A program made the translations under genes and the position numbers. Under the pieces are notes generated by a model, which was given only the letters and a program-made list of their open reading frames with translations, ran no database searches and was not told the origin of the DNA. Shown piece by piece: positions 1 to 14,344 of a stretch of 64,000 bases of DNA; within the stretch, counting starts at the first letter, position 1; every line of letters begins with the position of its first letter. Location of the stretch: the NCBI RefSeq assembly GCF_009914755.1, contig NC_060931.1, one strand, 5' to 3'. The stretch comes from the human T2T-CHM13v2.0 reference genome, Homo sapiens.

Positions 1-59
1 GTGCCAGTTATGTGAGCTAAAAAATCGCCACAAAACCCAATTATGCATAACTGGTCAAG

Positions 60-830
60 ACATACTTCTGTTTCTGAGAACTGAGGAGTCTTGTCTAATA
101 AATGTCTAAATTTCCTTTATTTTGCACATATATCTATGTAACATTATGGTATTTCTATTATAGGAACCATTATTTTATATTAAATTACATATTAAATTGG
201 ACAGCTACATATATGTCTTTCCCTTTCCTAGATTTATTTTCCGTTATTTGGATTATACACTTGAGTATAATCTAACTTAGGAGGGTATACTCTCGAAGCT
301 CTCTTGCGTCTGAAGGCTGGCTCCATTTACTTGTTATCCTTGACTACCAGTATATGGCTAAACCAAAGGAAGATTCAGATGAAAATCCTTCTTCTTTAAG
401 ACTGTCTTCTCCGCTTCTCTGTTTTCTAGCATCTTGTGTCATAGATGAGAAGGCATATGTTCACATGATTTGTTTATAGCTATATATAATCCCTCTCTAG
501 AAGCTAGTAAAATTTTATCTGTGGATTTTTAAAATTTTTACCTGAATGTGTCTAAATGTGCACATTTCTAAAGATGTGTATTTAATTTCCAAGAATGTTT
601 TGATGCTTATTTGTTTTTCAATAATAGCCTGCTCTTGTTTTATGTGATGATCTACTGAAATTTTCTGAGGCAATGACTAAAAGTATTTATTTTAAAGTTC
701 TGTTCTATTTCCTAACTTAACTCTACTTCCTTTGGAGTAAATTTCTCTGACCACTTTGTTGTCCTTCTTTCATGCATTAAAAACAAAATTGTCTACCAAC
801 TCTTGGCTGTCTTTCCTGTGTTTAAATGGG
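60..830 (-). mobile_element. Very old L1M/HAL1-like remnant
   Basis: T-rich degenerate sequence typical of antisense ancient L1; boundaries uncertain. Confidence 0.4.
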
Positions 831-2875
831 GGTATCAGCGATGGTACGGAGTGAATTTCTTTGCCGCACGTGAATATTCCTGTTTCCTTACTATGGATCA
901 GAAAGCCTATCAACAACAGTCATGGGTGCGGTGCATGAACCAGGACTGGACTAAGTGAAGTTCCACAGGGACAGAGACGGACGCTTGCATTCCGGGGCAA
1001 GGATTCCATCTGGATAGGGTGGCCAGTTTTTCTCTGTAGCCACAATGCTGGCTTTGGCTGATGATGCTTAGAATCAGTTCAGCTACCCTGAAACTGAAGT
1101 TTCATTTTATTGTAATGTGCTTTTTGTTGTTGTTGTTTTTAAGCCAATAGTTAAACAGGATTCCTTCTCTATGCCACTGTCATGGGCTTTAAGAGTAGTC
1201 TAAAGTATTACACTATTGGCTAATTTACTATCAGACAGTACAGCTCAACACTGATATTTGCAAACCACATAACGGTAATTGGGTTTTGACATTCTGCAGT
1301 GTTCAAATGGATAATATTTACCTACCTCCTTATTTAGTCCACATGCCCCCTGTAGTGTGGATATTATTATTATTCCTATTTTGCAAATTATACAAGAAGC
1401 CCCAACCAACAAATTATGTCACCTATCCCTGAGGGTGTGTGTTGCAGAAACACTCTGCTCAGCTTATAAAAAGGGCAAGTTCATTCAAACCTCATAAAAA
1501 ACCCACATGGTGGGCAGGAGTCAAATTAAGGTTCTTTAACCAACGTGTTACATGAATCCTACTGAGTATATCTGCATTTAGACTTTTCTAAGCCAAAAGA
1601 TTTTCTTCCATGTTCTATGGAACAAATCTTGGATCCATTTATCTGGGAATCTCAACATATTTGAAACCATTTCTTGAGGCAAAAACCTTCAGTCCTTTTT
1701 TACACATTTCTGGGGCCTCACCTTTGAGGGAAGTGTGGGGCAGTGGATGGCCATCCCTGCTGGCAAGAACAAAGCTGGTGTCTTAGTTTTCATTGTCAAA
1801 ATAGAAACTCTGTCTCCAGGTTGTCTATCTATTAAAACACATAAATTTTATTTAATCAATGCCTCAGAAAGAGAGGTTCAGGGACCTGCCAAGGTGCCAA
1901 GGGACTCAATCTCAAATTGACTATGCTTTGGGTCTATTATGAAGCAAAGGTGAGGCAGCCACCATCTGAGATGGGCAACCTAAGAAAAATGCCATCCCTC
2001 CTTCTGCTGCTTTCTTCCAACTTCTATCCTTTTATCATCAGAACTCTAGAGAATAAAGTATGTGGCCTACTTTTACTTAGCTTTCCATAACACACTGTTC
2101 ATCTATCACTCTGGATGTAAATTTGATATAAAAATGACCAAATTATTAAATAAATGAGTGCTGTTTGACACAGCATCCTCTCTGATCCCTTTGGCCTTGT
2201 TTCCCAAGAAGGCAGGACCGAGCTGTGCCTTTGTGGCTGCCTTTAACTGCATTTCCTTCTCCCTCTCCCTTCCCAGCACATATATTTCTGAGCTCTCCTA
2301 GTGTTTACTTCTAACCACTTAAGGAAAATGTAGATTTCAAAAATAGCATTAATTAACATATTTTTATTTCCAATCATTTAAAATAAAAATTATTCCTTTT
2401 TCTAGACTTTTCTAATTTGAATAATACTGACACAAAAAGCTGCCTACAATCCCCTTTGAAATTCACTGTGATTTAAATAAGAAATAAAATAGATCTCTAC
2501 GGATGATAAGAGAGGAAAGGAGTCAGACCATCCTCTTGCCTGACAGGCAGATGGCATCTTCTGGGCAAGCTGTGTGCCCTGCCCTGTGCTGCCCTCAGGG
2601 ACCCAGGCTGACCCCGTTCAAATGGGCACTTGGAGTTCAGGGCATCTCACCCAGTCAGGAAGGCCTCCTCAAGCTGGCACACTGTGCAATGTAAATTCTC
2701 AATAATATAATCAACGTTTAGTGTGCAATAACAGAAAAGAGCATTCTTTGACAAAAGCTAAGAATCCAGATATCTGAGCCTCGTCTCTTGCATGCTGAAG
2801 AACAGACAATATTACAGGTCACTTTCTATAACTCAGAGAAGATGTCCGGGTGTGCTGTAATGCCACCCTGTAATG

Positions 2876-3012
2876 TCAGTCATCCCAAGCGCCCGTCCCT
2901 GTGCCTCGCCTGCCCCTGAGAGGTGCCTCCCCACCTGGCACAGGGCCCCTCGGCCGGGCCCGGCCAATCTTAGCTTCTCGTCTTTGTGTCTCTGCTCCTC
3001 CTTCCCTTGTAC
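2876..3012 (-). CDS. Candidate further phase-1 terminal exon: GTREGGAETQRREAKIGRARPRGPVPGGEAPLRGRRGTGTGAWDD*
   Basis: Acceptor ccaccaacctccacttttag|GTACAAGG, purine-rich start, in frame with exon 7, minus-strand AATAAA near 2363. No independent support. Confidence 0.25.
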
Positions 3013-3099
3013 CTAAAAGTGGAGGTTGGTGGTAACAGACAAAATTGTCACTGTTCCTCTGCAATGCAACATTTTATTAGCTGTTTTAAAGAAAAATTA

Positions 3100-3427
<328 letters not shown>

Positions 3428-4499
3428 ACATAAAAAGGAAACTTTTCGCTTTTTTTTTCTTTTCACATAAATTACAAACTTCTTTCTTGGCCAGTTCTTT
3501 TATTTCCTTATGGACGGCTTTTTAAATTTTGCCATCTATAAAATCTACTGAGTTTGTGAGATTTCCACTGGGTTGGCCCCACAGTTCCCGTTTTGCTGTG
3601 CAGGCCTCTTCACGCTCCTTGAAGGTGAAGGACTCTTCATGGGCCTTCCTCGTATGTGTGCTGGGCTTGTTGGGAGATGGCCATGTTTCAGGTGAACTGA
3701 AGCTACTGTAACTTTTTTTCCTTTCTGACTGCCTGGCCTGGAGAGGAGTGACTTTCTGATGTTTTTTCTCCATGGCATCTCCCTGCACTGGGGACTGCTG
3801 TGGGCCCCGTTCCTCTCTGCCGCTTGGCCAGGGGCCCTCGGAACCCCTAAGGGAGGCCCCAGATGACTAAGACCAGCCCCAGCCTCCTCAGAAGCCCCCA
3901 GCATCTCAGCTCTCCCTCACGCTTCTGTTTTATGATTTCCTTCTCATTTTCTGTGCAACACAAAGCTTGGCTACGCATTTACAATGATGTCCACGACAGA
4001 AAACCCAGCCTTTCAAGATGCTTGGTAGCAGGAGGGGTTTTCGGGGCACATCACCCATGATATGGCTGGAAATATAAGAAAACGGAACTTGCTTTCAATG
4101 TAAAACATCGTTTCCTTTCCACAGCCTTCCTCGTTTCAGCAGAGAAGGTGGTCCGCTATCCAGGATCCAAACCTTTCTTCCCTGGAGCAGCCTGGAGAGT
4201 TGAGGGGACAGATGGGGAGCCAGGAGACAGGGGGTGCCTTTTAGGAGCCAAGGGAGCAGGTTCAGAGAGAAGAGGACTTGCAGATATGACCCCAGGGTTG
4301 GCTACTGCACGCATCCCCAGCCGGAGTTCTCAGAACAAGTCCTTCTCTTTCCTCTTGAAAGTCCTTATCTTCCCGCAAGGGCGGCTCAGGCCCTCCCTCC
4401 TCCATGAGGTTGGTGTCTCCAGGGGCCCCAGCGCGCATCCTTCCTGGACTCGCAAAGCCCACGCTACTGCCACTCTTTCCTGTTGCACTAATAGCATGT

Positions 4500-4672
4500 C
4501 CTTCCAGCTTGGCGCTCAGCCCCTCAAGGGCTGCGGGAAACTCAAACTCATCTCTTAACGTCCTCATCCACAAGGCCGAATTCCTCTCTCTAAGGACTTA
4601 GTGAAGATTAAACGAGACAGCACTTATGAAGGAGCTAGCAGGGCACAGGGTCAATGCTCAGTAATGGTAGCT
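4500..4672 (+). mobile_element. MIR (diverged)
   Basis: tcctcatcc...gtgaagattaaacgaga...atgctcagtaatggtagct resembles the MIR core and 3' end. Confidence 0.6.
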
Positions 4673-4740
4673 AAAATTATCACAGGCGCTGGGCCTAGCT
4701 GCCTGGCTGTCCATAAACATCCTAAGTTCTCTGAGAAGAT

Positions 4741-4915
4741 GATGGTCTTGCACTTGGCCCGTGTCAGAACGCCCTGGAGGGCTTGTTAAAATAGAGATTG
4801 TCCAGACCCCATACCCCCATGAGTTTCTGATTCAGTGGGGCTGGGGTGGGCCCAGGGGCGCATGTTCCCAGGTGTTGCTGCTGCCGGCCGGCCGGCCTGG
4901 GCGACACATGGGAGG
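4741..4915. mobile_element. MER5A (hAT-Charlie MITE)
   Basis: cctggagggcttgttaaaa...gagtttctgattcagt...ggggtgggccc. Confidence 0.75.
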
Positions 4916-6024
4916 GCTTCCTTCGTACCTCCCCCAGAGTTCCTGGCCAGCCGGCTTTCTCCCCTCACTGGGCTGCAGGTGAGAACCACCTACATTTAAG
5001 CTTTGTATCCCCATGTAGCTTTCTGTTGTCATCTTACTGAAACCTATTCCCTGCAATAGTTCAAAGACAGCTGTCTCCAACAACAGGCGCTGGAGTTAAC
5101 GGACGACCAGTTTTAAAAAGTCACATTCAGTCCCTGCTCTCAAAAGGCAGGAGTATTTGCCTTTTTCTAAAATTAGCAGATTCCATTTCCCATCTCAGTG
5201 CTCTTCACATGTCTCCTGTTTCATGGGAACTTGTCCCAAAATGCCCTCAACAAAGTTACAAATGTCATTTTTCTTCAGACAGAAGTAGAGCTGAAATAAT
5301 TACTTGCGGAAACTATAATAGAATAGTTTCAGAAAGACAGAATGAGGAAATTACTTACAAAAATAAAACACATTCCAAATGTTTGTAAACTACGTCAAAA
5401 ACAAAGAGCAAAGAAACAATATGGGGGGGTGCATGATGAAGTGGGGGCATGAGGAAGAGCAGGGGGAGGAGAGCTGAGCAGGGTAGGGGTGGCACAGCCT
5501 GAGTGTGAGCAAATGGGACCCCGAGATGCTGGAGAAAACAGAGGAGAGGCAGCAAAGAGCCTCTACATCCCAGGTGTCAAAAGGCTGTCAAAAGGCTAGT
5601 GAGAGGTGCCTGTATCGTCACCGGGGGAAATGAGCCCTCATCAATGGCAGCATTGAAACCTGAGTCTCCAAGGATGACCTGTCTGGTGTCTCTGCATCAG
5701 TGCCTCCATCTGCAACCTCAGGGCATCAGTTTCCTGGCCAGCTGGGTTATTTTTGCCTTATTAGTTATTTGTATCAATTGCCTGAAGTTTGGGTCAGATT
5801 AAATAGCAAAGACTGTGAAGATGACTAATTTAAACTGTTACCTGGTTCTGGACTAAGGAATAAAACATATCTTTTAATATTGAAAAGATACTCTAATCGG
5901 GGCTTGTTCCAAGATGAGTTCTCTTCTGAGTATTTTTAGAAATCACACAATGCTAACATACCATTAAAAGTGAGTGGAGAAAAGCGAAATGACTAATAAC
6001 TATGCTTGTATACAGTGCTCTCCC

Positions 6025-6026
<2 letters not shown>

Positions 6027-6069
<43 letters not shown>
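6027..6069. repeat. (CA)n microsatellite
   Basis: Pure CA run. Confidence 0.95.
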
Positions 6070-6071
<2 letters not shown>

Positions 6072-6083
6072 CAAAAACCATCA

Positions 6084-6649
6084 TAGTAGTCCCTCCTTGT
6101 TGGAGGTTTTGCTTTCTGCAGTTTGTTACTTGTGATCAACCAAGATATTAAATGAACAATTGCAGAAATAAACACTTGGTCAGTTTTGAATCACGTGTCC
6201 TTCTGAGTAGCCTGGTGAAATCTGCCATCCTGTCCTGTCCCACCATGAATGGGAATCTTCCCTTTTTCCAGTGGATCCACACTGTCTCCTCCCCTGCCTG
6301 TGAGTCACTTAGCAGTGGTCTTGGTTCTCAGACGGACTGTCTCAAGGTTGCAGAGATTGTGTTCAGGGGCCCTTACTGTACTTAATAATGGCCCAAAGCA
6401 CAAGAGTACTGATGTTGGCATATTGTTATAATTGTCCTATTTCATTGCTAGTCATTGTTGCTCACTGTGCCTAATGCAGAAATTAAACTTTATCACAGGT
6501 ATGTATGCATAGGAAAAAAACAGTATATATATATGCGTGCACGCACACACATACACACACACACACACACATATATTCAGTGCTGAGGTTTCAGGCATCC
6601 ATGGAAGGTCCTGAAACATATCCCCCTGTGAATAAGCAGGGGACTACTA
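6084..6649. mobile_element. MER44 (Tigger-derived DNA transposon)
   Basis: Terminal inverted repeats tagtagtccc / gggactacta; internal MER44 motifs (acttaataatggcccaaagcacaagagta). Confidence 0.8.
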
Positions 6650-7479
6650 TACTTAAAAGGTACTCAAATACAGTAGAGTAGTCAGCATAAAAGCAATGAA
6701 TAGTAACAAGATTTTTCTCTAGAGCTCCCCTCCCGTAGTCCAGCCTGCCTTGGCACTGTGCGTCTGCTTGTAACAGTGATAAGATCAGCATCAGGGCCCA
6801 TCATTTTGGGAAACTAGTATAGAATTGTTTCTAGCCTTATCCAAAGTCAACAGACTACACAGCCAGCAAATTAAATGTTTCACACACAAACCACCTGTCT
6901 AACTCACAATTATGGTGGCCCAAAATAACTTGGCTTTATTGGCCAGAAAACACTCACCTCAGCAAAACCCACCAACACTCAAAATAACCTACATGAGATG
7001 CTGGGGCTCCAGCCTTAGGGTTTCAGGGTCTGTCCCAGGGACTGGAAGTTGGATGCTGTCCCCTTGCGAGGCAGGGACCCCATTTTCCCCTCCATGCCCT
7101 GAAAGGATAGATGGCCACACCTCACCTCTTCCATTCCTCTTATTACGGATACCCTCCTATGACCACATTCTACCAGAGTTTTTAAATTAGGATTATTTTA
7201 GTTTTTAAAATGAAGTTTGTTTTCTTTTTCTTTCATATAGAAAGTAAGGAAAACACAAACATTTGGAAAGAAAATAATCACTTATCCCCAAGATAACCAT
7301 GGTTTACATTAGGTTGCTTTTTTTGGTAATCTTTTTTTTTTAGAAGCTTTTTGGATAAACGTAACAAAATTTCTTAAATGTTTGAAGAAAATCAGATACA
7401 TTGCCCTTCTATGTTTATGTATGCACTTTGTACTCAACAGATTAAAGACACATTTTTCTCCATCTTTTGTGTCAATTTA

Positions 7480-7881
<402 letters not shown>

Positions 7882-8068
7882 CTATGGCTTCTCATCTGTA
7901 AAACGGGGATAAGAATAACAGTATTCATTCACTCAGGAGCTTCATGGAGAGGCGTGATGAGGCAGGGAAAGCCTGACAGAGCATGGACAGCCGGAGCCTC
8001 TGAGCGTGGGCTGTTAGAGCGAGTCTGATTGCTGAGATTCCCATCTGTTTTCAGCCTACAGGCTGATA

Positions 8069-8644
8069 ATGGCAGGTCCTCCAACGACTTTCGTTCAGCG
8101 TCATCTTATTATCCCAGGCCGGGGCTACTGTCTGTGCAGATTACACCTTCTCGGCAGGTCTGCATGGGTTTTCTCTGGCTGCGCTCATGTCCTCCCATGT
8201 CCCCAGACTGCACATGTTAGGGTCACTGGGGTGTCCGAATTGTCCCCATGTGGGTGAGTATAAGTGCACCTGCAATGGGATGGGGGCCAGTCCAGGGCTG
8301 GCTTCTACCTTGCCCCCTGTGCTGCCACGGTAGGCTGCGGCCACCTGTGACCCTGAACTGGAAAAACTGGGTAAATCATCACATTACTTGCTTTTATTAA
8401 TCTTTCTTAAATGTATGTATAGCTCGTATTTATTTCAATGTTTAATATTAGTAGTGTTTGGTCTTTATTTAGAAGTGTTTTGGTCTTTATTTCGATGTTT
8501 TGGTGACCAGAAATATATGCTAGGAACTTAACTCATTTTTATCAGTTGGCCTATGGTAAAACTGCTTTCATTATCTATTGTTCTGCATAAAGCTGCGGTT
8601 TCCAAAAACCTAACCTATTGATGATGGTAAGTGAGGACTTACTG
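8069..8644 (+). mobile_element. MER6-type Tigger element
   Basis: Ends caggtcctc... / ...gtgaggacttactg followed by TA; central V-SINE-like block. Confidence 0.75.
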
Positions 8645-9494
8645 TATAATCATTCATTAGTGGTCATGATCTTTAGAAAGACTGGAAATTAAAGAACAAA
8701 TGTGATTATGTGGGGGCTGCAGAAACTGCAATCTTAAGGCTTTGGGGAACTTTCCCAGGAATGGGAGAGAACAGGGAGAAGGGGGGGCCTGAAACACATG
8801 GGTTTCTAGGAGGGAGTCCCAGGAAGCCTTGGGATTGTTTGTAGATCAAACAAGCCTGGTCAGGTAGGGGTGGGTGGGAGGGTGAGGGCTGGCCCTGTTC
8901 GCATAAATGAGTCCGAGCCAGGCAGGGAGGAGTTGGTGAGGGCACTGTCTCCCAGCTACCCCGCCACTGTTCCCTCATCCTGCTGTTTGCACTAACTCCA
9001 CCCAGAAATACAGCCAAGATGATTGCCTTCTATGTGCTATTCTCTAGTCCCAGTGGGATCTGAAGTTTTTCTACTTCTTAGCATTACCCAACGTGGCCTG
9101 TTTTTTGCTAACTGTTCAATCCTCATCTCACCCCTCACAGGGAGCATGTGGTCCTCCATGCCTGTGTAGGATTGAAATGGAGACATCTGCTCCTGATTTG
9201 TCTTGAATAAACCCTCCACAGGCCCTCCCTTCATCATGGGTCCTGCCGTAAGCTCTGCCGGATGCCTCCATGAGTCGATCTGATCTCGTCTTCAGTGCAC
9301 ACGCTTCACCCTGGCTGTCTGACAGCAGTGCCTCCTCCAGGTGTTTTCCAACACTCCACAGGTCTCTGAGCACATGAACACCAGCCCAGATCTCACAATG
9401 AAAGGTCTTAACAGGTTGCATTTTCTTCACAGTTATCAAAGCAATCTCTGCAGGAAACTACTTCTTGGGAAGAAAAGTTTCCCACTTGCTTCTC

Positions 9495-10776
9495 CATCAG
9501 TAGCTTACAGAATGTAAGTTCTGCCAAAACTACTATCAGTAGCTTGACTTACAGTAGGCCTTATCCATTGTCATGGTATTCCAGAGAGCATTGCTTCTGA
9601 TCAAGGAACTCGCTTCCCAGCCAAAGGAGTGCAGCAATGAGCCTGTGCATGGAACTCACTGGTCTTACCAAGTTCCCCACTACCTTGAAGCAGCTGGTTT
9701 GATAGAACAGTAGAGTGGCCTTTTGAAAACTCAGTTACAGGGTCAGAGAGGTAGCAGTACCTTAGAGGGCTCGGGTGATGTTCTCCAGAAGGCTGTGTAT
9801 GCTCTGAATGATGTCCAATATATGGTGCTGTTTCTCCCATAGGGTCCAGGAATCAAGAGGTTAAAAAGGGAGTGGCACCATCATTATCCCTAGTGACCCA
9901 CTAGCAAAACGTTTTCCTCATGACTTTTATGTTCTATTGGCCGATGGGTCTTAGGTCCAGAGAAACAAATTATTCCACCAGGGGGCACAACAATGATTCC
10001 ACCGAACTGGAAGTTAAGATGCCACATGGTCAGTCTGGGCTCCTCAGGCTTTTGAGTCAACAGGCGAAGAAGGGGTTTATGGTGTTGGCTGGGTGACTGA
10101 CCCAGACTATCCAGGGGAAAATAGACTACTGCTCTAGAATGGAGGTAAGGAACAGTATGGGATGTAGGAGATCCCTTAGGACTTCCCTTAGTAAGCCCTG
10201 CGATGAAGGTCAATGAAAACTACCCTGACCCAATCCAGGTAGTACCACTAATGGCCCAGACCCTTCAGGAATGATGGTTTGCATCACACCACCAGGTAAA
10301 GAACCACAACCAGCTGAGGTGCTTGCTGAAGGCAAGGGGAATACAGAATGGGTAGAAGACATTATAAATACCAGCTGTGATGTGACTAGTTTTAGAAATG
10401 AAAACAGTAATTGTCAATGAGTATTTCCTTCTCATTTTGTTAAGAATATGTTTGTGTGTGTGTGTGTGTATATATGTATATATACATATAAATATCTTTG
10501 TTTTCTTTCCCCTTATTCCCTTAACATGGGACATACGCGACTTCCATAGCAGTGTCTAATTGTTGATAATTTTACATCATAGTATTTTAAGTTACAGGAT
10601 ATCAGGAGAGAGTAAACATCAACTCAAGGACTTTACCTTCTCTTCTGGAAGGGATGAGTGCATTTTCGGTTGTATACAGGACAGCAGTGTCATGCCAGTT
10701 GGAATTGTGACCTTGTTTTGTCTTTCTCTGGAGAAAAAGACATGCATATAGGGGGCGAGTTGGCAAGGGGTGAATT
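9495..10776 (+). mobile_element. ERV-L internal 3' region: decayed integrase, dUTPase and polypurine tract
   Basis: Broken frames give HGIPESIASDQG..HWSYQVPHYLEAAGLIE..GLLKTQLQ (integrase) and IPPGGTTMIPPNWKLR (dUTPase); ends at PPT gcaaggggtgaat. Confidence 0.85.
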
Positions 10777-11245
10777 TGCAATGGCTAAGCAAGGGGTGTT
10801 CGGGTACGTGGTGAAACGTTATTTCTGGGTGTGTCTGTGAGGCTGTTTACCAGAGTGATCAGCATCTGAATTGACAGACAGTAAGGAAGATGTGCCCTTA
10901 CCGCTGTGGGCAGGCATCCTATCTGCTGAGGGTCTGAACAGAACAAAAAGGCAGGGAAGGGTGAATGTGTTCTCTGTGTTTGAGCTGGGACACCCATCTT
11001 CTCCTGTGCTTGAGCATCAGAGCTCCAGGTTGTGGGGCCTTGAGACTTGGATAGAATCTCATCACCAGCTTTCCGGGGTCTCCAGCTTACAGATGGCAAA
11101 TGGTCAAACTTCTTGGTTTCTATAATTACACAAGGCCATCCCTATAAAAAAAAATCTCTCCCCACCATAGATACACACACACACACACACACTCTCATAA
11201 ATATATCCTATTGTTCTGTATCTCTGGAGAAGCCTGACTAATAGA
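10777..11245 (+). mobile_element. MLT2-family 3' LTR of the ERV-L
   Basis: ttatttctgggtgtgtctgtgagg, agaacaaaaaggcag and cctattgttctgtatctctggagaagcctgactaata match MLT2. Confidence 0.85.
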
Positions 11246-12343
11246 GATTTTGGAATAAATATTCCATTAGGGCTAAACAGTAGGGAGGGTTAAAATAGGC
11301 CTAATTTTAAGAAAATCTTCATTATCTTTCTAATGCTTTGAATTTGTTCAGAAAATAAAACATACATTTAGCAATGGTCTAATTATTCATTACTTTAAGT
11401 CTACAAAATTAGCTTTCCCAGGATGCAACCCTGACAGCAGATACAGTGTGGATGTTTGCTGCAGTAACAACAGTTCATGTCTCTCTCTCTCTCTCTCTCT
11501 CTCTTTAATTTGCGTCTGTGAGAGGTGGCAGGAGATACATCCAAGGAAACTTGCTTGAAGGTGCAGCTGCTTCTCCAAAGCCTCCATAATCCCAAGCTCT
11601 GGGTCAGCCCGAGTCACAGCATGACTTCAGGGCAAAGGCTTAAGTCAGAGCCATGGTGTCCCGGCGCTCGGCTGGCCTGCTGAGACTTGGAGAGAGGCTT
11701 CCAATTAACACTGCTGGTTTCTCTGAAGTGGCCAACAAGTGGCCACTCCAAGTGTCTCAACTAAACTAGACCAGTTTAAGACCAGCCACACTGGCTGAAG
11801 CATTCCCAGACAACATCATGGCTTATTTACTTGTGTGTTTCATCATTGCATGGAAACGTGGGCGCTTGCTGATCTGCAGGGGCTGGAGGAGAAAATGATC
11901 TTTCCCTTGTCAGCCAGGGGCATGGCTCAATGTGCCATCTGAGGAAGCTCTCAGCCTGCCATCCCAGGAGTCGTGCCTGCCAGCACCAGGGACTGCGTCT
12001 GCAGGGGGTGGCATGAGCAAGGCTGCTGGTCCCGGCTCAGCTGTCCTGGAAGAGGCTGTGAGACACCCGTGGAGAGCGCTGGGGCACACACAGGAGCAAC
12101 CACGGTGAAGTCCTGAGTCCTTGACATGCATTTGCTCAGGACTCCAACCCAGCAGCCCCCAAAACAGTGAGACGCTCTGCACTGCAGGGCAGGCACTTCA
12201 TTTTTATAAGCTGTAGGGGGCACACCTTCAGCACTCTGTCAAAGGCAATACGCACAGTTATTAAACTTCCTAAGAAAAAGGAAGACAGAAATTGCTCTAC
12301 ATCACTTGTGTGACTGTATGAAGTAGAAAATTAAACATTTTCT

Positions 12344-12704
<361 letters not shown>

Positions 12705-13049
12705 TAAAAATGAGGGTTTGAGTGACTTCATTTCTCCAGTATGACTGAATCAGGGAACCTGCACTGATCCATCTACAGAGGTCTGCAGACAGCAGTAGGA
12801 GGCAGGCTGAGGGCCAGGTGTGGCCCCACGAAGACCCTGAGGAAACCTGGTGCCTACATGTGCCTGCAAGAAGCAGCTAGTATGCATCCCACACTTCCTT
12901 TCATGCAGTAAAACTGGTGTTGCCTTATCTCTAACTTTTTTTAAAAAGAAGAAATCAAGATTTTAATGCACGATCTTCTGCATTTTAAATTATGGCTATT
13001 TTCATAATAATTAGGATCTGTTGACTCCAACCCAGCAGCCCCCGAAACA

Positions 13050-13215
13050 TTTCTAAATGTTCTACATGTATTTGTATGTGTAATTCTCAAAAGCACTTTT
13101 TCTTTCAATATGAAGAAACTCAGGCACAGAGAAGTTAAGCAAGTTGCCTGAAATCACCCAGTAACAGACCCAAACCCTGAGTCCATGCAGCCTGGCTCTA
13201 GCCCCATGCTATGTA
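13050..13215 (-). mobile_element. MIR
   Basis: gaagaaactcaggcacagagaagttaagcaagttgcc. Confidence 0.75.
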
Positions 13216-13549
13216 CTTCTCTGGACAGTGCAAGACCCTCAGCACCCTTTCTGCCCCATCCCCTTTGTGGAGCAACCTGGTTGTCTGGGAGATGAACCCT
13301 GATTATCCAATCAAACACAGTAATCCTGTTCTCCCTGACAATTGATCAGTGCATTCTGGCCTAAGCCAATGGGTGTGTGGCACTCCCTTGGCTACTGTGA
13401 TTGGTTCAGGAACTCGCATGTGGCTGATGTGGGGTAAGTGAGCTGACACAACCCCTATAGGTGCAGTATAGGATCCCATATATATCCCTGTGCATTAACT
13501 CAGCTTGAGTGGCTTTTTTTTTTTTTTCAGGCAAAGATATGCTGGATTC

Positions 13550-13992
13550 ACCAGCAATCCCACTTCTAGGTATATATCCCCAAGAAATGAAAGCAGAGTC
13601 TCAGATATTTGCATACCTGTGCAGCATCATTCACAATAACCATGAAGCGGGAACAACTTAAATGTCCACTGACAATGGATGGATAAAGAAAATGTGGTCT
13701 ATACATATACTTGAAAGATATTTAGCTTTAAAAGGGAAGGGAATTCTGTTATATGCTACAATATGGATAAACTTCGAGGAAATTGTGCTAAGTGAAATAA
13801 GCCAGGCGCAAAAAGACAAGCAGGCAAAGGGGAGTTGCTGTTCAGTGAGTAGAGTATCAGATTTGCAGGACGATGAGGTCCTGGAGATCTGTTTCACAGC
13901 ATTGTGAATATACTTAAATCTACTGAAGTATGCATTTGAAAATGGAAGGAATGGGACATTTTATATTTTTTTTTAAATCACAATTTAAAAAA
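13550..13992 (+). mobile_element. L1MB-type 3' end
   Basis: ccagcaatcccacttctaggtatata...gataaagaaaatgtgg...A-rich end; ORF 13662 resembles the L1 ORF2 C-terminus. Confidence 0.85.
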
Positions 13993-14344
13993 GCATACTG
14001 ATGCTGCAGCTTATTCAAACAATTTTAAAAGTCTTGCCTGGGTTGAGCAAAACAAGCCTAAGTGAAACACAGAGGCTGCCAGGCCTGAGCACAGTCTCCA
14101 GGGCCCTGCTGCCTGGAAAGGATGCAGTGCGGTCTGTGGTGACGGGTTCATATTCAGGCTCATTTTCCTCTCTATTAGCTGGGAGAAACCAGGGACAATA
14201 TGGCAAGCTTTCAGACAGACAGAATTCATTACATTAGAACTGTGTGAATAACACTGATTTCAGGAGGAACATTTAGAAGTCGGTCCATAGAAAACACCTT
14301 CACAGTATTCTAACAAGCACACAGAGGATAGAAAAAAACAAGTG

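Noticed and set aside
3480-4575. Chain of protein-like minus-strand ORFs suggesting a decayed gene or lost giant exon
   Set aside because: Frames are broken by stops, no family is recognisable, there are no convincing splice boundaries, and the upper part overlaps MIR/L2-like sequence. A tblastx or PhyloCSF signal would reopen it.
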